This document shows, piece by piece, positions 12,256 to 26,758 of a stretch of DNA of 64,000 bases. The first letter of the stretch is position 1, and each line of letters opens with the position of its first letter. This DNA is from the human T2T-CHM13v2.0 reference genome, Homo sapiens, in NCBI RefSeq assembly GCF_009914755.1, contig NC_060930.1, one strand, 5' to 3'. The translations under genes and the position numbers were made by a program. Under the pieces are notes generated by a model. That model saw only the letters and a program-made list of their open reading frames with translations, made no database searches and was not told the DNA's origin.

Positions 12256-13604
12256 ATGTCTTACTGAATCTAAGTAATGCATTTTTTACTGTGGAAAACT
12301 TTGCATTATACATAAAATATTGCCTAGCACTGGAGGCCACTCTGATCCTGTTGACTAACTTTGGCTGGGCCACATCTCTTCCACATATAAAACCTTAAGG
12401 GTCATTAGTATGTACTGAGAATTGGTTTAACCCTAATCAATTTCTCTAGAATCAGCTGAATTCCTACCAGTAGAGTGAAACTTAAAGCATAAAATGGAGC
12501 ATAAGTTCCACAGCTTCATATCATACTGTGTTTTACTGGAAACAGACAAATGCAGAATTTAGTTTTTGATGGACAATGAAGCAATTTTAAGTACCTCTCT
12601 TTTTCTGCATCTCTCTTCCTCTAAGTTTGGTTTGTTTAATGTGACATCCTGTAGAACATGAAGGATTTTCCTTTTTTTTTTTCCATTTCTTCAAAGACAC
12701 GATTTCAAAGCCCAAAGTTATGATTACACAGATACTTTGGAGGGCATAATTCGTAGTCTGCGAGTTGCACTAGATTCCTTGCATACATATTTTTCAAAAT
12801 GTAAAAATATTATAACATTTTTTGAAGAAGCATGAAATATTCAAATAGAAAAGATAGTGATTACAATGATATAACAACTCTGCCATAATACTAATTAATG
12901 TCAGATCCTGACTTGTGGTTAGTTATGACTGTCAACCTAACCCAGGGACTATGTTTTATCTTGTTGTCATTTAAACTTTTTTTTCTTTTTTTCCAGCACA
13001 CAGACCAATGCTTTGGGTTGTAAAGAGATTGGGCATTCAATGAAACAAATGTACTGAGCTCCTACTTTTACCCTTTTAATTTTGCAACCAACCCCTGGTG
13101 ATTTCATATCTTGCCTATTAAAACTAACTGTTTTCTGGGCTTTCTTAGTTACTGGATATAACTATAGAAAGTCAGCTTATACTTTTCTCCAGGATTTAAG
13201 TTTCCTTCATTATTCCAACAAACAAACCAAAGGACTCCCAAATCTAACCATGTTCCCAAGAGTGTAAAGATAGCACTGGCATTGACCCAGTATGCAGATG
13301 CAAAATACTATGCCTACTTTATAAATATTACATTGGACCTGGTCATGGCTCTGTGAACTAGGTCATTAGTTCACCTCACTTACAGAGTAGACGTTGATTA
13401 AGGGCACTTATCAGAAAGTTATGGCTGCACAGGGACTCTAAGAGGATGAAAGCCTGACTGATGGAAGAGGAAACCTAGGAAAGATACTGACCCCTGGAAA
13501 ACAGCTCACCTTTCAGATGGCATGGACATGGTTGTACCTCCAGGTGTACACAGGCTCATGGTCATAGGCACCCCCAATTATGTGTGTAAACCATCTCTAG
13601 TCAA

Positions 13605-13812
13605 TGGAACATTCAAATGCCTATTCTATAATATGCACTGTGTTGAGCACATTGTGCATATTATGTACTTTAATTTATATAGAACTGTTGTGGGTTTTCT
13701 AGCTAAGGAAGAATGGGCTTAAGTAGGAGACACAAATTTCCCCAGTTTACATGGCTTGAGAATTAAGACTCAACCCCTGATTTGTTCAGATTCAAGGCTC
13801 AAGTTCTTGCCA
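13605..13812 (-). mobile_element. MIR (decayed)
   Basis: cactgtgttgagcac...tttaatt...gctaaggaagaatgggcttaag...ttcagattcaaggctcaagttctt. Confidence 0.5.
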
Positions 13813-13875
13813 TGATCTGTTTATGGCACCTAGTGTTTACCTGGAGAAATTCTACTGATCCTTCCACATGGCCTC

Positions 13876-14264
13876 TGTATTAGTCCATTCTCACACTGCT
13901 ATAAAGAACTGCTTGAGAATGGGTAAATTATAAAGGAAAGAGGTTTGATTCACAGTTCTGCAGGGCTGGGGAGGCCTCAGGACTCTGCAGGGCTGGGGAG
14001 GCCTCAGGAAACTTACAATCACGGACGTTTGTGAAAGGGGAAGCAAACACGTCTTTCTTCACATGGTGGCAGAAAGGAGAAGGATGAGAGCTGGATCTCA
14101 TCATCAGCTCTCGTGAGAACTTATTCACTATCATGAGAATAGCATGGCAAAAACTACCCCCATGATTCAGTCACCTCCCACTGAGTCCTTCCCATCACAT
14201 GTGGGCATTATGGGAACTACAATTCAAGATGAGATTTGGGTGGGGACACAGCCAAACCATATCA
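13876..14264 (-). mobile_element. THE1D-type solo LTR with perfect 5-bp TSD (GCCTC)
   Basis: tgtattagtccattctcacactgct...gggacacagccaaaccatatca, flanked by gcctc at 13871-13875 and 14265-14269. Confidence 0.93.
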
Positions 14265-14357
14265 GCCTCTTATTTTTCAAGTTTAGTCCATGTATGCTTG
14301 ATCAAGTGTTTTATTTATTTTTATTTATTTTCTATTGTTAAACAATACAATTCACTT

Positions 14358-14700
14358 TCATTTAATTCTCCCAACAATATATGATGATATATAGGATACT
14401 ATTATCCCCATTTTTACAGGTGAGGAAACTGAGGCATACAAAAGTTAGATGAATGGTCTAAACCACATACATGGCTAGTAAATAGGGCCAGAGAATGGTG
14501 TTGGCTGATATTTGCACCTGGGAAATCTAGTTCTGGAGCCTGTGTTCTTCACCACTGTGCTCCCCTGACTCCCCTGCTCTATAGGTAAGGACACTGCAGC
14601 TCACAGAGGTGAGGTGGTCTGCTCAAGGCCACATGGACAAGGTGGCAGAATCAGGCCTGGAAGCTGGATCTTTACACTCTGAGCCATTATATTCCATTGT
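14358..14700 (-). mobile_element. Two adjacent MIR fragments
   Basis: MIR core attatccccatttttacaggtgaggaaactgaggc; second copy ggtaaggacactgcagctcacagaggtgagg...ctcaaggccaca. Confidence 0.85.
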
Positions 14701-14914
14701 CTCTCTTCATCTGCCTCGCATGTCTTCTTTAGATTTCCTAATTCTGTTAGTGACTTCATTGTGCTCTTAGCTACTCTGGCTGAAACCCCTGTCATTTTTT
14801 TCCTATTTTCTTTATCCAACCAATTGCCCAGTCCTATTTTGATTTAATTTTACCACATCTCTCTCATCTAGTCCTACCTATTCTTTCTTTACTGCTGCTG
14901 CCCCATATCTCTCA

Positions 14915-14916
<2 letters not shown>

Positions 14917-14947
<31 letters not shown>

Positions 14948-15201
14948 GAGACAGCATCTCACTCTGTTGCCCAGGCTGGAATACAGTGGTGCAATCTCAG
15001 TTCACTCCAACCTCTGCCTCCTCGGTTCAAGTGATTATCATGCCTCAGCCACCTGAGTAGCTGGGACTACAGGTGTGTACCACAACACCCGTATAATTTT
15101 GGTATTTTTAGTAGAGACAGTGTTTCAGCCATATTGGCCAAGCTGGTCTTGAACTCCTGGCCTCAAGTGATTTGCCTGCCTCAGCCTCCCAAAGTGCTGG
15201 G
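14917..15201 (-). mobile_element. Alu (AluJb/S), lacking ~30 nt at its 5' end; 30-nt pure A tail
   Basis: T30, then gagacagcatctcactctgttgcccaggctgg...cctcccaaagtgctggg, ending abruptly. Confidence 0.95.
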
Positions 15202-16164
15202 TCAGCTGATATTTAAGAATGGCCCCCGGATGGGCAGTTTGGAAACCTTGAATGAATAAGGTGACACTGTCAGTGAGGAGCCTGAATAAAGGGTAATTCC
15301 AGAGGGCCAGATGAGATTTGGGGGAAAACAGCTGATGACATCAATGTCTTCAAAATTTTTATTTTTGCTGGTCACATTCCAACCAGGGAATAATCTCCAG
15401 TTTTTACCTGAATGATATAAGCCTCCCTAACAGCATTATAATAAACAAGAGGAGAAGGAAAGCTGAACATCTCAGATTCAGAGTAAATTTTCACTTAATG
15501 GCCCAATTTCAACCAGTAATCTTGCCATCAAATCTGCCTGCCACTCCCCATCCCAAAGACCCTCTGTTTTACCATTCTCAGAGAATAAATCTCTGTTATT
15601 TTGCATGGTTAAGAGAGGGGGATGCAATAAAGGAAAGAATAGAGGGGACCATCTTCTTTCTAAACAAACTTTCAATTAATTCTTCTGTTTATAGCCCCAA
15701 ATTCACCCATGTTCTTGGTGCCAAGAATTCTGCCATATAACTCGAATTATTTTTCACTCTTCATTCATCCCAGATTGTTAATTTTTTGTTTATCCACCTA
15801 CTTTGACAGCTTCCAAATCTTTATTATCAGTTTCTTTCCACTTCCCTTGTCCTTGTTGGTTCATATTTTTAAAAAATTTTTGATGCAACAAAATTTAATT
15901 TTTGCCACCAAAGAAACCAAAAAGTGGGGGAAGGGGGACTATTTCCTCTAAAAATTATAGTCTGCAGTCTATGTTGAAAAACTGAAGACTTGTGTAAATT
16001 CTCGGAATAAACTATGATTGGTTCATACTTTAAACATGGCTCGGGGAAATTTGTGAATACTTGGTCATCTTTCTGAAGTACCCCTTTACTGTCATTGTAG
16101 TGTGCTTTGAGGAGGGGACAGAGGTTCTATTCATGGGTTCAACTTGCATATTTTACAAGATACT

Positions 16165-16802
16165 GGCCTTCATTTATTTCTGCCTAGTGAATTACAATAG
16201 TCTCCTAACTCCCTGATCATGTCAATCCTCTGCTCAGAAGCAATCAGCCTTTCTGTGGAATAAAGCTATCCTTTTCCACTACCTAGAGCAGTTACTCTCA
16301 ACCTATTTGCTGTCCTCGTCATATTCACGATCCCCTCTCAGTACAATGAGTCATTTGCCTACAACTTAAGGGATGTGATACTTCACATATGGCCCTACTC
16401 TAACATTTCAACTTATTATGTATGATTCCCTGTACCCTGTGCTTTAGCCAAAATTGACTATCTTTTGTTTCCTTAATCTGCCATGTGTTTCCTTCTCTGT
16501 GTCTTTGCATATGCCTTTTCTGACAAGTGGAATGTCCACTTCTAGCATGCAAATTTTACTGAACCTCCAAAGCCCAGGTCAACTATACCTCCTCAATGAA
16601 GCATCATCTCGCCTCCAGCACCATAATGTTTTGTATTTCACATATGGTGCTTTGCACATCTCATTTGATTTGTTACTGAAGATATTGCTTGTGTTATCAT
16701 TTCTTTCCTGTACTGTGTTACTGGCTCCTTGAGAGCAAGAATTATGTCTTATTGTTACATATTAGCCAATCCAATAAACACATGGATTAATTTAATTGAA
16801 TT
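16165..16802 (+). mobile_element. L2 fragments including the 3' end
   Basis: attacaatagtctcctaact...gtctttgcatatgc...ctccttgagagcaagaattatgtctt...aataaacacatggattaatttaattgaa. Confidence 0.7.
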
Positions 16803-17444
16803 AAACCTATTCGAATCATTATAAACAAGGGTATATAATTTCTAAAACCTTAAAATGTTTTTCCTAGTTCTTATATTTTAATAATTTATTTGCAAAAACA
16901 ACAAGATTTGAAACAAATAAAGAAATAAAACCCCACTCACTTCTTCATCTCTGCCAGTTTAATTGATTCACAGCAATTGTGTAATTCTAAGCATGGTCGA
17001 AATTTTGTTCCAAACTGTATATCTATGTGGAAAAGATTCATTATCCAGAAGTGCAATTTCTCCCATAAAATATATTGATCAAAATTTCTGTGTGGCTTAC
17101 TCTTGAGAATTTTTACATGATTCACTAAAGCAATTTCCTCAGATCAGAGAACAGTGCTGGCTTGAGGGGTTTATGGGTACTGTTACAGTAACTTCAGAAA
17201 AATGACCAAGTATTCACAAATTTCCCTGAACCATGTTGAAAAGCTACTTCATCATTTAAAATATTGTGTGCCAGCAGGAGGAAAGGGCAGTAGGTAGTCT
17301 CACATGCTGCGGTAGAAATATCTACAGTGTTGTCAAAAGAAATCCAGTTAATTTTGACTTAACTCCCCCTCAGTTCTTACTTTCAGGACTATATTTTAAT
17401 AACTTATTTCTGATTACCACTAGTCAGTCCATATTATTCTATTT

Positions 17445-17600
17445 AACATAAATGGCTCCTATTTGTTAAGCATTTATTTTGTGCTAAACACTTTATATAC
17501 ATTTTCTTACTGAATAGTTACAAAATCCCTTTGAGTGTTATTCTTCCCATTTTTACAGATATGAACTGAGGCTTAACAGGCAGCTAATTAAATCGTCTAG
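17445..17600 (-). mobile_element. MIR
   Basis: atttgttaagcattta...gtgctaaacactttatatacatt...cccatttttacagatatgaactgaggctt. Confidence 0.75.
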
Positions 17601-18510
17601 GTTCTTTGAGCATCATTTTTAGATGCTAGTTATCAATTTGTCTATATAACTTTACTAAAAAGTTTTTCTACTTTGACCTTTATCCAAGAATCAGTGGAAA
17701 AAGAATTTTTGAATGAAGGATTTGTTTGTTACCTGGGGTAAACAGTTAAAAGGAAAAATTACCTATGTAGATAGTCTCTGAAGTGTATATTCTTTCCAAG
17801 TACTTGTGTATTTGGTTCCATTTGTCATCATTTGTCATCTGTGTGCACCCAAAAGTGATGAAAACTGGGTTCTTCAGGGTTATCTGTCTTCCTTCCTTAC
17901 ACTTACTGACAAAGGCCAGTGTCTCAAGCCATCTGTACAACCGGCAGAATAGCCCTATAATTCACATAAGTTTTGATCAGCTCATCACAGTCTGTCTAAG
18001 CTCTCTGCTTTCTACAAGATGCATTTTAAGAGTATATGTTGCAATGGGAATCATTTTTTTTTCCTTAAGACTAAAGCTTAAGGGGCCCAAACTTGATTTT
18101 TTATTGATTATGCATACAGCACTGCTTTGTGGTTTTAAAAGCTATCTTGTTTCATGTTAACCACAATCATTTGTTTACAAAGTTTGAGTCCCTTTCTTTA
18201 TACCACACCATCTATTCAGCAACATATGTGGAGGTTATCTCCATGATTGACCACTCAACATGAAATAAATGACAAACATAACAAACAGCATGCATTCACT
18301 CACAAATTATTTATTGAACACCTAATGTTCACATAGGATAAGTACTAAACTTATAAGTAATGCATATGTGAATAAAATGAATATTAATGTACTATATGTG
18401 TGCAGATAATCTTGATATTCCCTAGCATATATACAACACATACAATCAATAACCTCTACTCTAACTTTCACCTGAAACAAATATAATTCTTCTATAAACA
18501 ACAAATAAAT

Positions 18511-19084
18511 CATCCTTGGCAATTTTGTCAGGCACCAGTGTTTGAGACCATTTTCTCTCTCAGATTGCCTCGTAATGAATTCTTTCTCCATCAAAGTTGC
18601 CCTTAAAGGTGTGTTCAAAGATGTGTGAAGGCATAAGAACATGCAGAGGTTGCTGGTAGGGAAGGAACAAGAAAGTTTGATGAAATAGGACAAAATTCAA
18701 GATTCCTTCATGATATCTTCATGTGACGCTTAATTTTGTGTTTTAACTTGAAAGGTGTTTTAGATGAGTTTAACATTTAAGTCAGTGGACTTTGAGTAAA
18801 GCAGATTGTCCTCCATGATGTGGATGGGCCTTATCCAATCATTTGAAGGCCTGAGGATATCATGAAAAAGGGACTTTGAATTTTCTTCTATTTCATCCAA
18901 CTTTCTTGCTCCTTCCCTAAAATTGCCCCCAAACATTTCTCCACTCTCACATACACTTTAAGGGCAACTTTGATGGACAAAGAACTCACTACCAGGCAAT
19001 CTTAAAGAGAAAATAGGGTAAATTCATACCCAATCCTTAGTAATTGTTCTTAAACACCTGTGCCTGACACAACTGCCTAGAATG
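18511..19084. repeat. Long imperfect inverted repeat (arms 18511-18721 and 18852-19084) around a 130-bp MLT2 fragment
   Basis: 22/22 inverted match at 18587-18608 vs 18956-18977; 30/32 at 18657-18688 vs 18888-18919; 14/15 at 18707-18721 vs 18852-18866; 30/37 at 18511-18547 vs 19048-19084. Confidence 0.93.
18722..18854 (+). mobile_element. MLT2D-type LTR 5' fragment
   Basis: tgtgacgcttaattttgtg...gactttgagtaaagcagattgtcctccat...gggccttatccaatcatttgaaggcctga. Confidence 0.8.
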
Positions 19085-19229
19085 CTGTCTAAATATGTAG
19101 TTCCAGATCTCCATACCTTGGAGATATGGTGTGTCTGGCAAGACACAGGAGTCCACATTTAACAAGCATTCCCAAGGAAATTCTAATGCATACAGTTCTG
19201 GGGAAAACCACAATTTGAGAAACCCCATT
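19040..19229. mobile_element. MER5A/B hAT-Charlie MITE
   Basis: gttcttaaac...catttaacaagcattcccaagg...ttctaatgca...accacaatttgagaaaccc. Confidence 0.7.
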
Positions 19230-20429
19230 TTAGAAATAGGGAAAGGGTTTTTTTCTTGCTTTATTAATAAAGTCACAGGGATTTAAGCCAACTAGAGATT
19301 AGAACCGCCCTAGTTGCATCTACCTCCTGCAGAATCTACTACGTTGGTGGAAAGATTCATCAAAGATAAATATGTAGATATTAGGCATTACAGGAACTGG
19401 CTGAAGGAAGAAATATTGGGTTTGATGAGGATGTGATAGCCAGGGAAAGGCTGGAAAAGAGATTTCACAGGCTTGCTTGGAGAATACCCAACCAAGTGCC
19501 TGGGAATGCTGGGATGCTGCAGTCTTCTCAAATGCACATTCCAAGTGCCAGTGATCACTTCAATCGTTCAAATAACTAAACTCTTCTTTCTGAATATTTC
19601 CTTGATTGGTATCTACATTTATAGATTATAAATTCCATGACAAAGACTGAGCCAGAGAAAAATAATAATCTTCCTCAATAGAATGGCTCAGGACATCTCA
19701 AATATAAGGTTCTTCAGCTATTTGCAATCTGAATCTAAATTTAAACTTTTTTCCTTCAGTTTGCGGGTTCTCATTTACTGGATCTGTATCCCTAGTTTGC
19801 ATGTAATTATGGCTTGGTTTTGCAAGTTCCACTGAGGAAAGGCCTAGAAATAAAAACAGACATGTCTGATCTGCCTAAATGTGAGCCTGGATCCAATAAG
19901 ACATTTATTAGGTGCCAAAAGACCCCTCTGGGGATGGGTTTGCCGAGCTCTGCAGCCTCTCAGTCTCCATGGCTTGCAATTGTCTCTCAGCCCCAGCTGG
20001 CAGGCCTGCACTAGGAAGGAGTCAGGCAAGCAGCATCTGATTTACACAAGGAAAAAAATGTGTCAGGCAAGTTTAGGTAAAGAAAGGAGATCTCTAACTT
20101 TATTGAGTTTTTAAATAAATCATCAGAAGTATGAGGTTTCAGAAGATTTTAGGTAGTAAACAACATAGAGAAAAATAAACTTAAGCTTACTTGCTAAGCT
20201 TTTTAGAGAAATAGTCAAGTCAGTGTTTTTCTGTTCTGTTTTCTCAAACTGCTTATATGCAGTGAGTCATTGACAGCATAGAATGTATCTTCTGAGGCCA
20301 TTAATACCCAAATGTGCTTCTGTGAGTGTCCATTCAGATTGCAGTGGTGTGCTTAGATGGAACCAGGCTGTAGTTTCTTCCCTTGATAATCTTTTGAGAG
20401 TTCAACCCCAAGATGTCAACCATGGTCTC

Positions 20430-23027
<2,598 letters not shown>

Positions 23028-23299
23028 GTCTCTTTGTCTGCAAGCTGCATACTTTCCTGTGGGAAATGCTGCCTCTCCATCTGGTCTTTGTGGATGCTCT
23101 GCTATTTTTTCTCCTATCCCTAAGTGCTCTGCCACAAGTTCTTTGGGACAGGCACTCTAGTTGGTGAACATGTAATACCACTTCTAGCTGTCACTGTTAT
23201 ACTCCTCAGACTAATTTTCATCTCACTTCTGCATCTGTTGAAATACCTCAAGGTCTGTGTCAGTCATCTTTTCCAAAACCCTTTCATAAATCCCCAGCT

Positions 23300-23490
23300 G
23301 TTTCCCCTTCTGCTGTACTCCTATGGCACTTGGCTTATATAACTGTACTTGGCCTATGTACAAATGTCTCTGTCTGTCCCACCAGAGTGTGGATACGGGT
23401 CATTTTTGCCTTTGTTCTTTTCCAGTGATGTTATCATATCTGTCACCATACCATCACATGATAGAAACAAATATTTTGTTGAATGCATGT
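23300..23490 (+). mobile_element. L2 3' end
   Basis: atgtctctgtctgtcccaccagagtgtg...acaaatattttgttgaatgcatg. Confidence 0.6.
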
Positions 23491-26350
23491 CTGCTGAGAA
23501 TATATTTTCAAAATGTTTTTAGTTTAAAGCCCATAAGTTGTTATTAAAGTGTTTTAATAGTTTTTTATAAAAGAAATATATATCATCGCAATGAAAATTT
23601 AAATATACAGATAGTGTAAAGAAAATGAAAGTAACTTACAATTTCAGTTCCCAGAGATTACCACTACTGATATGTTAGAATGGAAGAAAGGCAAGAAGCA
23701 AGATGGCAGAATAGAAGGCCCCAGATTGTGCCCCACTATGGGAAAACCAAATTCAACAACTAGCTAGATAAAAATAGCAACTTCATAAGAACCAAAAATC
23801 AGATGAGCACTAACAGTACCTGCCTTTAACTTTATATTGCTGAGAAAGGCACTGAATAGGGTAGAAAAGACCGTATTGAATTGCTAACACCACCACCCTA
23901 ATCCTCCTGTAGCGGCCACATGTCACAGAGAAATCTCTGCACTTGGGAGAGGGAGAGTGCAGCAATTGTGAGACTTTGCATGGAAATCAGTGCAGCCCTG
24001 TCACAGGGGAAAACAAAACCAGGCTGATCTCAGTGGACATCCGCCTATAGAGGAAGCATTCAGACCAGCCCTAGACAAAGGGGAGCTGCCCATTCCAGCA
24101 GTTGGAACTTAACTTCCAGCAAGCCTTGCCACCATGGGCTGAAGTGCTCTGGGGCCATAAATAAACTTAGAAGGCGGTCTGGGCCACAAGCACTTCAAGT
24201 CCTAGTGCTAAGCTGAGCTAGGAGCCAGTGGACTTAGGGGCACACAACATACTGAGACACCAGCCAGGGCAGCTAAGAGAATGCTTGCACCATCCCTCCC
24301 CCAACCCCAGGCAGTAAAACTCACAGCTCCAAAAGAGGGCCCTTCCTTCTGCTTAAGGAGAGGAGAGGGAAGAGTAAAGAGGACTTTTGTCTTGCAACTT
24401 GGATACCAGTTCAGCCACAGAAGAATAGGGTTCTGATCAGAGTCGTGAAGCTCCCATTCCAGGCCCTACCCCCCCAGATTACATTTCTACATACATCATG
24501 GGCCAGAAGAGAACCAGCTACTTTGAAGAGAAGGACCCAACACAGGATCTATTACCTGCTGACTAAAGAGCCCTTGGGCCCTGAATAATAAGCAGCGATA
24601 CTCAGGCAGTACACTATGGGCCTTGGGTGAGACTCTGAGACATGCTGGCATCAGGTGAGACCCAGCACATTCCCAGCCATGATGGCTATGGTGAGAGACT
24701 CCTTCTGCTTGAGAACAGTACAGGGAAAAGTAAAGGGGACTTTGAGTTCACCTCAGGTACCAGCTTGGCCACAGTGGGGCAAAGCAACAAGTAGGCTCTT
24801 GGGATCCCCAATTCCACGCCTTGGTTCTTCAATGGCATTTCTGGAACTACCAGAAATGTGGTAGTTCCACAAAGGTGAGCCCATTGCCCTAAAGGATGAG
24901 TCCCAGGCCTGGTAACATTTACCACAATACAAATGAAGAATGCTTAGGCCTTAAGGGAACATTGGTGGTGGACAGGCAATACTTGCCATAGGCTTGGGGC
25001 AGGAGAGGCTCCTCTGCCTGTGGAAAGGGGAGGGAAGAATGAGAAGTACTGGGTCTTGTGGTTTGAGAACCAGTTCAACCGTAGTAGACTAGGATACCAG
25101 GTAAACTTATAAGGCTTCTGACCCTAGTCCCTAGCTCCCAGACCGCATCTCTGTACCTGTCCAGGGCCTGAGGGATGTCAGTACCATGAAGGGAAGGACA
25201 TAAGCCTGGCTGGCATTGCCAGTTTCTGATTGTAAACCACTAGGGTATTGAGGGCATTGAGCAAATATAGGCAGTCACCAGGTAGTGGCCGCCGTGGGCA
25301 CTGAGTGAGACCCAGTACTGGGCTGGCTTCAGGTATGACCCAGCACAGTCTCTGTGGTGGTGACCACAGAGGTGCTTGTGTCACCGTATCCCCAGCCCCA
25401 GGCAGCTCAGCATAGAAAGAGAGACAGACTGTTTGTTTTGGAGAAAGTAAGGGAAGAGAAGAGTCTCTTCCTGGTAATCCAGAGTACTCTTCTAGATCCT
25501 ATCCAAGACCACCAAGGCAATAAGTCTATGAGTCTTCAAGAAGCACAGCATTACTGCACTTGTGGTACCCCCAATGCAGACATAGTTTAGATCACAATAC
25601 CCAAGTCCTTCTGAATACCTGGAAAGCCTTTCCAAGAACAGGTACAAACAAGCCCGGACAGTGAAGACTATAATAAATACCTAACTTTTTAAGGCGCAGA
25701 CACTGGTGAACATCAACAAGCATCAAGACCATCCAGGAAAACACAACCTTAGCAAGCAAACTTAATAAGGAACTGGGAACCAATCCTGGAGAAACAGAGA
25801 TGAGACAGATAATTCAAAATAGCTGTTTTGAGGAAACTCAAAGAAATTCCAGATAACACATAGAAGAAATTCAGAATTCTATCAGATAAATTTAACAAAG
25901 AGATTGAAATAATTTAAAGGAATCAAGCAGAAATTCTAGAGTTGGCACATGCAATTAACAGACTGAAGAATACATCAGAGTTCTCTTAATAGCAGAACTG
26001 ATCCAGCAGAAAAAAGAATTAGTGACCCTGAAGACAGCTATTTGAAAATATATGGTCAGAAAACAAAAAAGTAAAAAGAATAAAAAACAATGAAGCACAC
26101 CTACAATATCTAGAAAATAGCCTCAAAAAGGCAAATTTAAGAGTTATTGGCCTTGAACAGGAGGTAGGGAAATAGATAAGGGTAGAAAGTTTATTCAAAG
26201 GGATAATAACGGAGAACTTCCCAAACCTAGAGAAAGCCAGCCCAGTACTGGGTCTCACTCAGTGCCCACGGTGGCCAATACCTGGATCCTATATAAGAAT
26301 AATGTGTAAGAATAAGAATTCTATGTAAGAATAAGAAGGTTATAAAAAAC

Positions 26351-26758
26351 TGATATGGTTTTGATCTGTGTCCCCACCAAATCTCATGTAAAATTTTAAT
26401 CCCCAGTGTTGGAGATGGGGCCTAGTGGGAGGTGACTGGATCACGGGGGCAGAGTTCTCATGAATGGTTTAGCACCCTCCCCCCTGGTACTGTGTAGTGA
26501 GTGAGTTCTCAAGAGATCTGGTTGTTTAAAAGTGTGTGGCACCTCTCCAACTCTCTCGGTCTTGTTTCTGCCATGTAAGATGCTTGCTTCCACTTTGCCT
26601 TCTGCCATGAGTAAAAGCTCCCTGAGGCCTCCCCAGAAGGAGAAGCCACTATGCTTTCTGTACAGTATGCAGAACCATGAACCAATTAAACCTCTTTTCT
26701 TTATAAATTACCCAGTCTCAGGTATTTCTTTGTAGCAGTGTGAGAATGGACTAATATA
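26351..26758 (+). mobile_element. MSTA/MSTB solo LTR inserted in L1 ORF1
   Basis: tgatatggttttgatctgtgtccccacc...tgaatggtttagcacc...gcagtgtgagaatggactaatata; L1 resumes at aacaccaagtagatttaacccaaag. Confidence 0.92.

Noticed and set aside
24150-25420. Recurring motifs (gagacccag..., ggataccag...) in the L1 5' region
   Set aside because: Internal subrepeats are a normal feature of L1MA-type 5' UTRs.
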